Source of the DNA: Macrostomum lignano
Lineage: Eukaryota
Assembly: GCA_002269645.1 (NCBI GenBank)
Contig: NIVC01000770.1
Location: 1-61,539 of the forward strand
Length of the DNA: 61,539 nucleotides
Direction: 5' to 3'
A model generated the notes under the pieces. That model saw nothing but the letters and a program-made list of their open reading frames with translations. It had not been told where the DNA came from and made no database searches. Both the position numbers and the translations under genes were made by a program. The stretch's first letter is position 1. Each line of letters begins with the position of its first letter. This document shows, in pieces, positions 12,001-27,000 of the stretch.

Positions 12001-15000
12001 TTCGCCTCTTCCTCAACGGCCTCGAAGAAGTGCTTCTTCTCCTCTCGCCGCCAGAGCTCTTCCTCCCTAGCCAGTGCTGGTGGTACACGCTCCTCCTCGA
12101 AGTGGGCCGCCTCCTCCTCCCAGCTGACGCACTCTTCCGCGTACACGTACATCTTGTCGAAGGCTTCGTGCTCCTGCAACAAGCCTCGCTCATCAGGCAC
12201 TGGCAGGTCGGCTTCTTCTGCGGATGGCTTCTTCTTCGCCTCTTCCTCAACGGCCTCGAAGAAGTGCTTCTTCTCCTCTCGCCGCCAGAGCTCTTCCTCC
12301 CTAGCCAGTGCTGGTGGTACACGCTCCTCCTCGAAGTGGGCCGCCTCCTCCTCCCAGCTGACGCACTCTTCCGCGTACACGTACATCTTGTCGAAGGCTT
12401 CGTGCTCCTGCAACAAGCCTCGCTCATCAGGCACTGGCAGGTCGGCTTCTTCTGCGGATGGCTTCTTCTTCGCCTCTTCCTCAACGGCCTCGAAGAAGTG
12501 CTTCTTCTCCTCTCGCCGCCAGAGCTCTTCCTCCCTAGCCAGTGCTGGTGGTACACGCTCCTCCTCGAAGTGGGCCGCCTCCTCCTCCCAGCTGACGCAC
12601 TCTTCCGCGTACACGTACATCTTGTCGAAGGCTTCGTGCTCCTGCAACAAGCCTCGCTCATCAGGCACTGGCAGGTCGGCTTCTTCTGCGGATGGCTTCT
12701 TCTTCGCCTCTTCCTCAACGGCCTCGAAGAAGTGCTTCTTCTCCTCTCGCCGCCAGAGCTCTTCCTCCCTAGCCAGTGCTGGTGGTACACGCTCCTCCTC
12801 GAAGTGGGCCGCCTCCTCCTCCCAGCTGACGCACTCTTCCGCGTACACGTACATCTTGTCGAAGGCTTCGTGCTCCTGCAACAAGCCTCGCTCATCAGGC
12901 ACTGGCAGGTCGGCTTCTTCTGCGGATGGCTTCTTCTTCGCCTCTTCCTCAACGGCCTCGAAGAAGTGCTTCTTCTCCTCTCGCCGCCAGAGCTCTTCCT
13001 CCCTAGCCAGTGCTGGTGGTACACGCTCCTCCTCGAAGTGGGCCGCCTCCTCCTCCCAGCTGACGCACTCTTCCGCGTACACGTACATCTTGTCGAAGGC
13101 TTCGTGCTCCTGCAACAAGCCTCGCTCATCAGGCACTGGCAGGTCGGCTTCTTCTGCGGATGGCTTCTTCTTCGCCTCTTCCTCAACGGCCTCGAAGAAG
13201 TGCTTCTTCTCCTCTCGCCGCCAGAGCTCTTCCTCCCTAGCCAGTGCTGGTGGTACACGCTCCTCCTCGAAGTGGGCCGCCTCCTCCTCCCAGCTGACGC
13301 ACTCTTCCGCGTACACGTACATCTTGTCGAAGGCTTCGTGCTCCTGCAACAAGCCTCGCTCATCAGGCACTGGCAGGTCGGCTTCTTCTGCGGATGGCTT
13401 CTTCTTCGCCTCTTCCTCAACGGCCTCGAAGAAGTGCTTCTTCTCCTCTCGCCGCCAGAGCTCTTCCTCCCTAGCCAGTGCTGGTGGTACACGCTCCTCC
13501 TCGAAGTGGGCCGCCTCCTCCTCCCAGCTGACGCACTCTTCCGCGTACACGTACATCTTGTCGAAGGCTTCGTGCTCCTGCAACAAGCCTCGCTCATCAG
13601 GCACTGGCAGGTCGGCTTCTTCTGCGGATGGCTTCTTCTTCGCCTCTTCCTCAACGGCCTCGAAGAAGTGCTTCTTCTCCTCTCGCCGCCAGAGCTCTTC
13701 CTCCCTAGCCAGTGCTGGTGGTACACGCTCCTCCTCGAAGTGGGCCGCCTCCTCCTCCCAGCTGACGCACTCTTCCGCGTACACGTACATCTTGTCGAAG
13801 GCTTCGTGCTCCTGCAACAAGCCTCGCTCATCAGGCACTGGCAGGTCGGCTTCTTCTGCGGATGGCTTCTTCTTCGCCTCTTCCTCAACGGCCTCGAAGA
13901 AGTGCTTCTTCTCCTCTCGCCGCCAGAGCTCTTCCTCCCTAGCCAGTGCTGGTGGTACACGCTCCTCCTCGAAGTGGGCCGCCTCCTCCTCCCAGCTGAC
14001 GCACTCTTCCGCGTACACGTACATCTTGTCGAAGGCTTCGTGCTCCTGCAACAAGCCTCGCTCATCAGGCACTGGCAGGTCGGCTTCTTCTGCGGATGGC
14101 TTCTTCTTCGCCTCTTCCTCAACGGCCTCGAAGAAGTGCTTCTTCTCCTCTCGCCGCCAGAGCTCTTCCTCCCTAGCCAGTGCTGGTGGTACACGCTCCT
14201 CCTCGAAGTGGGCCGCCTCCTCCTCCCAGCTGACGCACTCTTCCGCGTACACGTACATCTTGTCGAAGGCTTCGTGCTCCTGCAACAAGCCTCGCTCATC
14301 AGGCACTGGCAGGTCGGCTTCTTCTGCGGATGGCTTCTTCTTCGCCTCTTCCTCAACGGCCTCGAAGAAGTGCTTCTTCTCCTCTCGCCGCCAGAGCTCT
14401 TCCTCCCTAGCCAGTGCTGGTGGTACACGCTCCTCCTCGAAGTGGGCCGCCTCCTCCTCCCAGCTGACGCACTCTTCCGCGTACACGTACATCTTGTCGA
14501 AGGCTTCGTGCTCCTGCAACAAGCCTCGCTCATCAGGCACTGGCAGGTCGGCTTCTTCTGCGGATGGCTTCTTCTTCGCCTCTTCCTCAACGGCCTCGAA
14601 GAAGTGCTTCTTCTCCTCTCGCCGCCAGAGCTCTTCCTCCCTAGCCAGTGCTGGTGGTACACGCTCCTCCTCGAAGTGGGCCGCCTCCTCCTCCCAGCTG
14701 ACGCACTCTTCCGCGTACACGTACATCTTGTCGAAGGCTTCGTGCTCCTGCAACAAGCCTCGCTCATCAGGCACTGGCAGGTCGGCTTCTTCTGCGGATG
14801 GCTTCTTCTTCGCCTCTTCCTCAACGGCCTCGAAGAAGTGCTTCTTCTCCTCTCGCCGCCAGAGCTCTTCCTCCCTAGCCAGTGCTGGTGGTACACGCTC
14901 CTCCTCGAAGTGGGCCGCCTCCTCCTCCCAGCTGACGCACTCTTCCGCGTACACGTACATCTTGTCGAAGGCTTCGTGCTCCTGCAACAAGCCTCGCTCA

Positions 15001-18000
15001 TCAGGCACTGGCAGGTCGGCTTCTTCTGCGGATGGCTTCTTCTTCGCCTCTTCCTCAACGGCCTCGAAGAAGTGCTTCTTCTCCTCTCGCCGCCAGAGCT
15101 CTTCCTCCCTAGCCAGTGCTGGTGGTACACGCTCCTCCTCGAAGTGGGCCGCCTCCTCCTCCCAGCTGACGCACTCTTCCGCGTACACGTACATCTTGTC
15201 GAAGGCTTCGTGCTCCTGCAACAAGCCTCGCTCATCAGGCACTGGCAGGTCGGCTTCTTCTGCGGATGGCTTCTTCTTCGCCTCTTCCTCAACGGCCTCG
15301 AAGAAGTGCTTCTTCTCCTCTCGCCGCCAGAGCTCTTCCTCCCTAGCCAGTGCTGGTGGTACACGCTCCTCCTCGAAGTGGGCCGCCTCCTCCTCCCAGC
15401 TGACGCACTCTTCCGCGTACACGTACATCTTGTCGAAGGCTTCGTGCTCCTGCAACAAGCCTCGCTCATCAGGCACTGGCAGGTCGGCTTCTTCTGCGGA
15501 TGGCTTCTTCTTCGCCTCTTCCTCAACGGCCTCGAAGAAGTGCTTCTTCTCCTCTCGCCGCCAGAGCTCTTCCTCCCTAGCCAGTGCTGGTGGTACACGC
15601 TCCTCCTCGAAGTGGGCCGCCTCCTCCTCCCAGCTGACGCACTCTTCCGCGTACACGTACATCTTGTCGAAGGCTTCGTGCTCCTGCAACAAGCCTCGCT
15701 CATCAGGCACTGGCAGGTCGGCTTCTTCTGCGGATGGCTTCTTCTTCGCCTCTTCCTCAACGGCCTCGAAGAAGTGCTTCTTCTCCTCTCGCCGCCAGAG
15801 CTCTTCCTCCCTAGCCAGTGCTGGTGGTACACGCTCCTCCTCGAAGTGGGCCGCCTCCTCCTCCCAGCTGACGCACTCTTCCGCGTACACGTACATCTTG
15901 TCGAAGGCTTCGTGCTCCTGCAACAAGCCTCGCTCATCAGGCACTGGCAGGTCGGCTTCTTCTGCGGATGGCTTCTTCTTCGCCTCTTCCTCAACGGCCT
16001 CGAAGAAGTGCTTCTTCTCCTCTCGCCGCCAGAGCTCTTCCTCCCTAGCCAGTGCTGGTGGTACACGCTCCTCCTCGAAGTGGGCCGCCTCCTCCTCCCA
16101 GCTGACGCACTCTTCCGCGTACACGTACATCTTGTCGAAGGCTTCGTGCTCCTGCAACAAGCCTCGCTCATCAGGCACTGGCAGGTCGGCTTCTTCTGCG
16201 GATGGCTTCTTCTTCGCCTCTTCCTCAACGGCCTCGAAGAAGTGCTTCTTCTCCTCTCGCCGCCAGAGCTCTTCCTCCCTAGCCAGTGCTGGTGGTACAC
16301 GCTCCTCCTCGAAGTGGGCCGCCTCCTCCTCCCAGCTGACGCACTCTTCCGCGTACACGTACATCTTGTCGAAGGCTTCGTGCTCCTGCAACAAGCCTCG
16401 CTCATCAGGCACTGGCAGGTCGGCTTCTTCTGCGGATGGCTTCTTCTTCGCCTCTTCCTCAACGGCCTCGAAGAAGTGCTTCTTCTCCTCTCGCCGCCAG
16501 AGCTCTTCCTCCCTAGCCAGTGCTGGTGGTACACGCTCCTCCTCGAAGTGGGCCGCCTCCTCCTCCCAGCTGACGCACTCTTCCGCGTACACGTACATCT
16601 TGTCGAAGGCTTCGTGCTCCTGCAACAAGCCTCGCTCATCAGGCACTGGCAGGTCGGCTTCTTCTGCGGATGGCTTCTTCTTCGCCTCTTCCTCAACGGC
16701 CTCGAAGAAGTGCTTCTTCTCCTCTCGCCGCCAGAGCTCTTCCTCCCTAGCCAGTGCTGGTGGTACACGCTCCTCCTCGAAGTGGGCCGCCTCCTCCTCC
16801 CAGCTGACGCACTCTTCCGCGTACACGTACATCTTGTCGAAGGCTTCGTGCTCCTGCAACAAGCCTCGCTCATCAGGCACTGGCAGGTCGGCTTCTTCTG
16901 CGGATGGCTTCTTCTTCGCCTCTTCCTCAACGGCCTCGAAGAAGTGCTTCTTCTCCTCTCGCCGCCAGAGCTCTTCCTCCCTAGCCAGTGCTGGTGGTAC
17001 ACGCTCCTCCTCGAAGTGGGCCGCCTCCTCCTCCCAGCTGACGCACTCTTCCGCGTACACGTACATCTTGTCGAAGGCTTCGTGCTCCTGCAACAAGCCT
17101 CGCTCATCAGGCACTGGCAGGTCGGCTTCTTCTGCGGATGGCTTCTTCTTCGCCTCTTCCTCAACGGCCTCGAAGAAGTGCTTCTTCTCCTCTCGCCGCC
17201 AGAGCTCTTCCTCCCTAGCCAGTGCTGGTGGTACACGCTCCTCCTCGAAGTGGGCCGCCTCCTCCTCCCAGCTGACGCACTCTTCCGCGTACACGTACAT
17301 CTTGTCGAAGGCTTCGTGCTCCTGCAACAAGCCTCGCTCATCAGGCACTGGCAGGTCGGCTTCTTCTGCGGATGGCTTCTTCTTCGCCTCTTCCTCAACG
17401 GCCTCGAAGAAGTGCTTCTTCTCCTCTCGCCGCCAGAGCTCTTCCTCCCTAGCCAGTGCTGGTGGTACACGCTCCTCCTCGAAGTGGGCCGCCTCCTCCT
17501 CCCAGCTGACGCACTCTTCCGCGTACACGTACATCTTGTCGAAGGCTTCGTGCTCCTGCAACAAGCCTCGCTCATCAGGCACTGGCAGGTCGGCTTCTTC
17601 TGCGGATGGCTTCTTCTTCGCCTCTTCCTCAACGGCCTCGAAGAAGTGCTTCTTCTCCTCTCGCCGCCAGAGCTCTTCCTCCCTAGCCAGTGCTGGTGGT
17701 ACACGCTCCTCCTCGAAGTGGGCCGCCTCCTCCTCCCAGCTGACGCACTCTTCCGCGTACACGTACATCTTGTCGAAGGCTTCGTGCTCCTGCAACAAGC
17801 CTCGCTCATCAGGCACTGGCAGGTCGGCTTCTTCTGCGGATGGCTTCTTCTTCGCCTCTTCCTCAACGGCCTCGAAGAAGTGCTTCTTCTCCTCTCGCCG
17901 CCAGAGCTCTTCCTCCCTAGCCAGTGCTGGTGGTACACGCTCCTCCTCGAAGTGGGCCGCCTCCTCCTCCCAGCTGACGCACTCTTCCGCGTACACGTAC

Positions 18001-21000
18001 ATCTTGTCGAAGGCTTCGTGCTCCTGCAACAAGCCTCGCTCATCAGGCACTGGCAGGTCGGCTTCTTCTGCGGATGGCTTCTTCTTCGCCTCTTCCTCAA
18101 CGGCCTCGAAGAAGTGCTTCTTCTCCTCTCGCCGCCAGAGCTCTTCCTCCCTAGCCAGTGCTGGTGGTACACGCTCCTCCTCGAAGTGGGCCGCCTCCTC
18201 CTCCCAGCTGACGCACTCTTCCGCGTACACGTACATCTTGTCGAAGGCTTCGTGCTCCTGCAACAAGCCTCGCTCATCAGGCACTGGCAGGTCGGCTTCT
18301 TCTGCGGATGGCTTCTTCTTCGCCTCTTCCTCAACGGCCTCGAAGAAGTGCTTCTTCTCCTCTCGCCGCCAGAGCTCTTCCTCCCTAGCCAGTGCTGGTG
18401 GTACACGCTCCTCCTCGAAGTGGGCCGCCTCCTCCTCCCAGCTGACGCACTCTTCCGCGTACACGTACATCTTGTCGAAGGCTTCGTGCTCCTGCAACAA
18501 GCCTCGCTCATCAGGCACTGGCAGGTCGGCTTCTTCTGCGGATGGCTTCTTCTTCGCCTCTTCCTCAACGGCCTCGAAGAAGTGCTTCTTCTCCTCTCGC
18601 CGCCAGAGCTCTTCCTCCCTAGCCAGTGCTGGTGGTACACGCTCCTCCTCGAAGTGGGCCGCCTCCTCCTCCCAGCTGACGCACTCTTCCGCGTACACGT
18701 ACATCTTGTCGAAGGCTTCGTGCTCCTGCAACAAGCCTCGCTCATCAGGCACTGGCAGGTCGGCTTCTTCTGCGGATGGCTTCTTCTTCGCCTCTTCCTC
18801 AACGGCCTCGAAGAAGTGCTTCTTCTCCTCTCGCCGCCAGAGCTCTTCCTCCCTAGCCAGTGCTGGTGGTACACGCTCCTCCTCGAAGTGGGCCGCCTCC
18901 TCCTCCCAGCTGACGCACTCTTCCGCGTACACGTACATCTTGTCGAAGGCTTCGTGCTCCTGCAACAAGCCTCGCTCATCAGGCACTGGCAGGTCGGCTT
19001 CTTCTGCGGATGGCTTCTTCTTCGCCTCTTCCTCAACGGCCTCGAAGAAGTGCTTCTTCTCCTCTCGCCGCCAGAGCTCTTCCTCCCTAGCCAGTGCTGG
19101 TGGTACACGCTCCTCCTCGAAGTGGGCCGCCTCCTCCTCCCAGCTGACGCACTCTTCCGCGTACACGTACATCTTGTCGAAGGCTTCGTGCTCCTGCAAC
19201 AAGCCTCGCTCATCAGGCACTGGCAGGTCGGCTTCTTCTGCGGATGGCTTCTTCTTCGCCTCTTCCTCAACGGCCTCGAAGAAGTGCTTCTTCTCCTCTC
19301 GCCGCCAGAGCTCTTCCTCCCTAGCCAGTGCTGGTGGTACACGCTCCTCCTCGAAGTGGGCCGCCTCCTCCTCCCAGCTGACGCACTCTTCCGCGTACAC
19401 GTACATCTTGTCGAAGGCTTCGTGCTCCTGCAACAAGCCTCGCTCATCAGGCACTGGCAGGTCGGCTTCTTCTGCGGATGGCTTCTTCTTCGCCTCTTCC
19501 TCAACGGCCTCGAAGAAGTGCTTCTTCTCCTCTCGCCGCCAGAGCTCTTCCTCCCTAGCCAGTGCTGGTGGTACACGCTCCTCCTCGAAGTGGGCCGCCT
19601 CCTCCTCCCAGCTGACGCACTCTTCCGCGTACACGTACATCTTGTCGAAGGCTTCGTGCTCCTGCAACAAGCCTCGCTCATCAGGCACTGGCAGGTCGGC
19701 TTCTTCTGCGGATGGCTTCTTCTTCGCCTCTTCCTCAACGGCCTCGAAGAAGTGCTTCTTCTCCTCTCGCCGCCAGAGCTCTTCCTCCCTAGCCAGTGCT
19801 GGTGGTACACGCTCCTCCTCGAAGTGGGCCGCCTCCTCCTCCCAGCTGACGCACTCTTCCGCGTACACGTACATCTTGTCGAAGGCTTCGTGCTCCTGCA
19901 ACAAGCCTCGCTCATCAGGCACTGGCAGGTCGGCTTCTTCTGCGGATGGCTTCTTCTTCGCCTCTTCCTCAACGGCCTCGAAGAAGTGCTTCTTCTCCTC
20001 TCGCCGCCAGAGCTCTTCCTCCCTAGCCAGTGCTGGTGGTACACGCTCCTCCTCGAAGTGGGCCGCCTCCTCCTCCCAGCTGACGCACTCTTCCGCGTAC
20101 ACGTACATCTTGTCGAAGGCTTCGTGCTCCTGCAACAAGCCTCGCTCATCAGGCACTGGCAGGTCGGCTTCTTCTGCGGATGGCTTCTTCTTCGCCTCTT
20201 CCTCAACGGCCTCGAAGAAGTGCTTCTTCTCCTCTCGCCGCCAGAGCTCTTCCTCCCTAGCCAGTGCTGGTGGTACACGCTCCTCCTCGAAGTGGGCCGC
20301 CTCCTCCTCCCAGCTGACGCACTCTTCCGCGTACACGTACATCTTGTCGAAGGCTTCGTGCTCCTGCAACAAGCCTCGCTCATCAGGCACTGGCAGGTCG
20401 GCTTCTTCTGCGGATGGCTTCTTCTTCGCCTCTTCCTCAACGGCCTCGAAGAAGTGCTTCTTCTCCTCTCGCCGCCAGAGCTCTTCCTCCCTAGCCAGTG
20501 CTGGTGGTACACGCTCCTCCTCGAAGTGGGCCGCCTCCTCCTCCCAGCTGACGCACTCTTCCGCGTACACGTACATCTTGTCGAAGGCTTCGTGCTCCTG
20601 CAACAAGCCTCGCTCATCAGGCACTGGCAGGTCGGCTTCTTCTGCGGATGGCTTCTTCTTCGCCTCTTCCTCAACGGCCTCGAAGAAGTGCTTCTTCTCC
20701 TCTCGCCGCCAGAGCTCTTCCTCCCTAGCCAGTGCTGGTGGTACACGCTCCTCCTCGAAGTGGGCCGCCTCCTCCTCCCAGCTGACGCACTCTTCCGCGT
20801 ACACGTACATCTTGTCGAAGGCTTCGTGCTCCTGCAACAAGCCTCGCTCATCAGGCACTGGCAGGTCGGCTTCTTCTGCGGATGGCTTCTTCTTCGCCTC
20901 TTCCTCAACGGCCTCGAAGAAGTGCTTCTTCTCCTCTCGCCGCCAGAGCTCTTCCTCCCTAGCCAGTGCTGGTGGTACACGCTCCTCCTCGAAGTGGGCC

Positions 21001-24000
21001 GCCTCCTCCTCCCAGCTGACGCACTCTTCCGCGTACACGTACATCTTGTCGAAGGCTTCGTGCTCCTGCAACAAGCCTCGCTCATCAGGCACTGGCAGGT
21101 CGGCTTCTTCTGCGGATGGCTTCTTCTTCGCCTCTTCCTCAACGGCCTCGAAGAAGTGCTTCTTCTCCTCTCGCCGCCAGAGCTCTTCCTCCCTAGCCAG
21201 TGCTGGTGGTACACGCTCCTCCTCGAAGTGGGCCGCCTCCTCCTCCCAGCTGACGCACTCTTCCGCGTACACGTACATCTTGTCGAAGGCTTCGTGCTCC
21301 TGCAACAAGCCTCGCTCATCAGGCACTGGCAGGTCGGCTTCTTCTGCGGATGGCTTCTTCTTCGCCTCTTCCTCAACGGCCTCGAAGAAGTGCTTCTTCT
21401 CCTCTCGCCGCCAGAGCTCTTCCTCCCTAGCCAGTGCTGGTGGTACACGCTCCTCCTCGAAGTGGGCCGCCTCCTCCTCCCAGCTGACGCACTCTTCCGC
21501 GTACACGTACATCTTGTCGAAGGCTTCGTGCTCCTGCAACAAGCCTCGCTCATCAGGCACTGGCAGGTCGGCTTCTTCTGCGGATGGCTTCTTCTTCGCC
21601 TCTTCCTCAACGGCCTCGAAGAAGTGCTTCTTCTCCTCTCGCCGCCAGAGCTCTTCCTCCCTAGCCAGTGCTGGTGGTACACGCTCCTCCTCGAAGTGGG
21701 CCGCCTCCTCCTCCCAGCTGACGCACTCTTCCGCGTACACGTACATCTTGTCGAAGGCTTCGTGCTCCTGCAACAAGCCTCGCTCATCAGGCACTGGCAG
21801 GTCGGCTTCTTCTGCGGATGGCTTCTTCTTCGCCTCTTCCTCAACGGCCTCGAAGAAGTGCTTCTTCTCCTCTCGCCGCCAGAGCTCTTCCTCCCTAGCC
21901 AGTGCTGGTGGTACACGCTCCTCCTCGAAGTGGGCCGCCTCCTCCTCCCAGCTGACGCACTCTTCCGCGTACACGTACATCTTGTCGAAGGCTTCGTGCT
22001 CCTGCAACAAGCCTCGCTCATCAGGCACTGGCAGGTCGGCTTCTTCTGCGGATGGCTTCTTCTTCGCCTCTTCCTCAACGGCCTCGAAGAAGTGCTTCTT
22101 CTCCTCTCGCCGCCAGAGCTCTTCCTCCCTAGCCAGTGCTGGTGGTACACGCTCCTCCTCGAAGTGGGCCGCCTCCTCCTCCCAGCTGACGCACTCTTCC
22201 GCGTACACGTACATCTTGTCGAAGGCTTCGTGCTCCTGCAACAAGCCTCGCTCATCAGGCACTGGCAGGTCGGCTTCTTCTGCGGATGGCTTCTTCTTCG
22301 CCTCTTCCTCAACGGCCTCGAAGAAGTGCTTCTTCTCCTCTCGCCGCCAGAGCTCTTCCTCCCTAGCCAGTGCTGGTGGTACACGCTCCTCCTCGAAGTG
22401 GGCCGCCTCCTCCTCCCAGCTGACGCACTCTTCCGCGTACACGTACATCTTGTCGAAGGCTTCGTGCTCCTGCAACAAGCCTCGCTCATCAGGCACTGGC
22501 AGGTCGGCTTCTTCTGCGGATGGCTTCTTCTTCGCCTCTTCCTCAACGGCCTCGAAGAAGTGCTTCTTCTCCTCTCGCCGCCAGAGCTCTTCCTCCCTAG
22601 CCAGTGCTGGTGGTACACGCTCCTCCTCGAAGTGGGCCGCCTCCTCCTCCCAGCTGACGCACTCTTCCGCGTACACGTACATCTTGTCGAAGGCTTCGTG
22701 CTCCTGCAACAAGCCTCGCTCATCAGGCACTGGCAGGTCGGCTTCTTCTGCGGATGGCTTCTTCTTCGCCTCTTCCTCAACGGCCTCGAAGAAGTGCTTC
22801 TTCTCCTCTCGCCGCCAGAGCTCTTCCTCCCTAGCCAGTGCTGGTGGTACACGCTCCTCCTCGAAGTGGGCCGCCTCCTCCTCCCAGCTGACGCACTCTT
22901 CCGCGTACACGTACATCTTGTCGAAGGCTTCGTGCTCCTGCAACAAGCCTCGCTCATCAGGCACTGGCAGGTCGGCTTCTTCTGCGGATGGCTTCTTCTT
23001 CGCCTCTTCCTCAACGGCCTCGAAGAAGTGCTTCTTCTCCTCTCGCCGCCAGAGCTCTTCCTCCCTAGCCAGTGCTGGTGGTACACGCTCCTCCTCGAAG
23101 TGGGCCGCCTCCTCCTCCCAGCTGACGCACTCTTCCGCGTACACGTACATCTTGTCGAAGGCTTCGTGCTCCTGCAACAAGCCTCGCTCATCAGGCACTG
23201 GCAGGTCGGCTTCTTCTGCGGATGGCTTCTTCTTCGCCTCTTCCTCAACGGCCTCGAAGAAGTGCTTCTTCTCCTCTCGCCGCCAGAGCTCTTCCTCCCT
23301 AGCCAGTGCTGGTGGTACACGCTCCTCCTCGAAGTGGGCCGCCTCCTCCTCCCAGCTGACGCACTCTTCCGCGTACACGTACATCTTGTCGAAGGCTTCG
23401 TGCTCCTGCAACAAGCCTCGCTCATCAGGCACTGGCAGGTCGGCTTCTTCTGCGGATGGCTTCTTCTTCGCCTCTTCCTCAACGGCCTCGAAGAAGTGCT
23501 TCTTCTCCTCTCGCCGCCAGAGCTCTTCCTCCCTAGCCAGTGCTGGTGGTACACGCTCCTCCTCGAAGTGGGCCGCCTCCTCCTCCCAGCTGACGCACTC
23601 TTCCGCGTACACGTACATCTTGTCGAAGGCTTCGTGCTCCTGCAACAAGCCTCGCTCATCAGGCACTGGCAGGTCGGCTTCTTCTGCGGATGGCTTCTTC
23701 TTCGCCTCTTCCTCAACGGCCTCGAAGAAGTGCTTCTTCTCCTCTCGCCGCCAGAGCTCTTCCTCCCTAGCCAGTGCTGGTGGTACACGCTCCTCCTCGA
23801 AGTGGGCCGCCTCCTCCTCCCAGCTGACGCACTCTTCCGCGTACACGTACATCTTGTCGAAGGCTTCGTGCTCCTGCAACAAGCCTCGCTCATCAGGCAC
23901 TGGCAGGTCGGCTTCTTCTGCGGATGGCTTCTTCTTCGCCTCTTCCTCAACGGCCTCGAAGAAGTGCTTCTTCTCCTCTCGCCGCCAGAGCTCTTCCTCC

Positions 24001-27000
24001 CTAGCCAGTGCTGGTGGTACACGCTCCTCCTCGAAGTGGGCCGCCTCCTCCTCCCAGCTGACGCACTCTTCCGCGTACACGTACATCTTGTCGAAGGCTT
24101 CGTGCTCCTGCAACAAGCCTCGCTCATCAGGCACTGGCAGGTCGGCTTCTTCTGCGGATGGCTTCTTCTTCGCCTCTTCCTCAACGGCCTCGAAGAAGTG
24201 CTTCTTCTCCTCTCGCCGCCAGAGCTCTTCCTCCCTAGCCAGTGCTGGTGGTACACGCTCCTCCTCGAAGTGGGCCGCCTCCTCCTCCCAGCTGACGCAC
24301 TCTTCCGCGTACACGTACATCTTGTCGAAGGCTTCGTGCTCCTGCAACAAGCCTCGCTCATCAGGCACTGGCAGGTCGGCTTCTTCTGCGGATGGCTTCT
24401 TCTTCGCCTCTTCCTCAACGGCCTCGAAGAAGTGCTTCTTCTCCTCTCGCCGCCAGAGCTCTTCCTCCCTAGCCAGTGCTGGTGGTACACGCTCCTCCTC
24501 GAAGTGGGCCGCCTCCTCCTCCCAGCTGACGCACTCTTCCGCGTACACGTACATCTTGTCGAAGGCTTCGTGCTCCTGCAACAAGCCTCGCTCATCAGGC
24601 ACTGGCAGGTCGGCTTCTTCTGCGGATGGCTTCTTCTTCGCCTCTTCCTCAACGGCCTCGAAGAAGTGCTTCTTCTCCTCTCGCCGCCAGAGCTCTTCCT
24701 CCCTAGCCAGTGCTGGTGGTACACGCTCCTCCTCGAAGTGGGCCGCCTCCTCCTCCCAGCTGACGCACTCTTCCGCGTACACGTACATCTTGTCGAAGGC
24801 TTCGTGCTCCTGCAACAAGCCTCGCTCATCAGGCACTGGCAGGTCGGCTTCTTCTGCGGATGGCTTCTTCTTCGCCTCTTCCTCAACGGCCTCGAAGAAG
24901 TGCTTCTTCTCCTCTCGCCGCCAGAGCTCTTCCTCCCTAGCCAGTGCTGGTGGTACACGCTCCTCCTCGAAGTGGGCCGCCTCCTCCTCCCAGCTGACGC
25001 ACTCTTCCGCGTACACGTACATCTTGTCGAAGGCTTCGTGCTCCTGCAACAAGCCTCGCTCATCAGGCACTGGCAGGTCGGCTTCTTCTGCGGATGGCTT
25101 CTTCTTCGCCTCTTCCTCAACGGCCTCGAAGAAGTGCTTCTTCTCCTCTCGCCGCCAGAGCTCTTCCTCCCTAGCCAGTGCTGGTGGTACACGCTCCTCC
25201 TCGAAGTGGGCCGCCTCCTCCTCCCAGCTGACGCACTCTTCCGCGTACACGTACATCTTGTCGAAGGCTTCGTGCTCCTGCAACAAGCCTCGCTCATCAG
25301 GCACTGGCAGGTCGGCTTCTTCTGCGGATGGCTTCTTCTTCGCCTCTTCCTCAACGGCCTCGAAGAAGTGCTTCTTCTCCTCTCGCCGCCAGAGCTCTTC
25401 CTCCCTAGCCAGTGCTGGTGGTACACGCTCCTCCTCGAAGTGGGCCGCCTCCTCCTCCCAGCTGACGCACTCTTCCGCGTACACGTACATCTTGTCGAAG
25501 GCTTCGTGCTCCTGCAACAAGCCTCGCTCATCAGGCACTGGCAGGTCGGCTTCTTCTGCGGATGGCTTCTTCTTCGCCTCTTCCTCAACGGCCTCGAAGA
25601 AGTGCTTCTTCTCCTCTCGCCGCCAGAGCTCTTCCTCCCTAGCCAGTGCTGGTGGTACACGCTCCTCCTCGAAGTGGGCCGCCTCCTCCTCCCAGCTGAC
25701 GCACTCTTCCGCGTACACGTACATCTTGTCGAAGGCTTCGTGCTCCTGCAACAAGCCTCGCTCATCAGGCACTGGCAGGTCGGCTTCTTCTGCGGATGGC
25801 TTCTTCTTCGCCTCTTCCTCAACGGCCTCGAAGAAGTGCTTCTTCTCCTCTCGCCGCCAGAGCTCTTCCTCCCTAGCCAGTGCTGGTGGTACACGCTCCT
25901 CCTCGAAGTGGGCCGCCTCCTCCTCCCAGCTGACGCACTCTTCCGCGTACACGTACATCTTGTCGAAGGCTTCGTGCTCCTGCAACAAGCCTCGCTCATC
26001 AGGCACTGGCAGGTCGGCTTCTTCTGCGGATGGCTTCTTCTTCGCCTCTTCCTCAACGGCCTCGAAGAAGTGCTTCTTCTCCTCTCGCCGCCAGAGCTCT
26101 TCCTCCCTAGCCAGTGCTGGTGGTACACGCTCCTCCTCGAAGTGGGCCGCCTCCTCCTCCCAGCTGACGCACTCTTCCGCGTACACGTACATCTTGTCGA
26201 AGGCTTCGTGCTCCTGCAACAAGCCTCGCTCATCAGGCACTGGCAGGTCGGCTTCTTCTGCGGATGGCTTCTTCTTCGCCTCTTCCTCAACGGCCTCGAA
26301 GAAGTGCTTCTTCTCCTCTCGCCGCCAGAGCTCTTCCTCCCTAGCCAGTGCTGGTGGTACACGCTCCTCCTCGAAGTGGGCCGCCTCCTCCTCCCAGCTG
26401 ACGCACTCTTCCGCGTACACGTACATCTTGTCGAAGGCTTCGTGCTCCTGCAACAAGCCTCGCTCATCAGGCACTGGCAGGTCGGCTTCTTCTGCGGATG
26501 GCTTCTTCTTCGCCTCTTCCTCAACGGCCTCGAAGAAGTGCTTCTTCTCCTCTCGCCGCCAGAGCTCTTCCTCCCTAGCCAGTGCTGGTGGTACACGCTC
26601 CTCCTCGAAGTGGGCCGCCTCCTCCTCCCAGCTGACGCACTCTTCCGCGTACACGTACATCTTGTCGAAGGCTTCGTGCTCCTGCAACAAGCCTCGCTCA
26701 TCAGGCACTGGCAGGTCGGCTTCTTCTGCGGATGGCTTCTTCTTCGCCTCTTCCTCAACGGCCTCGAAGAAGTGCTTCTTCTCCTCTCGCCGCCAGAGCT
26801 CTTCCTCCCTAGCCAGTGCTGGTGGTACACGCTCCTCCTCGAAGTGGGCCGCCTCCTCCTCCCAGCTGACGCACTCTTCCGCGTACACGTACATCTTGTC
26901 GAAGGCTTCGTGCTCCTGCAACAAGCCTCGCTCATCAGGCACTGGCAGGTCGGCTTCTTCTGCGGATGGCTTCTTCTTCGCCTCTTCCTCAACGGCCTCG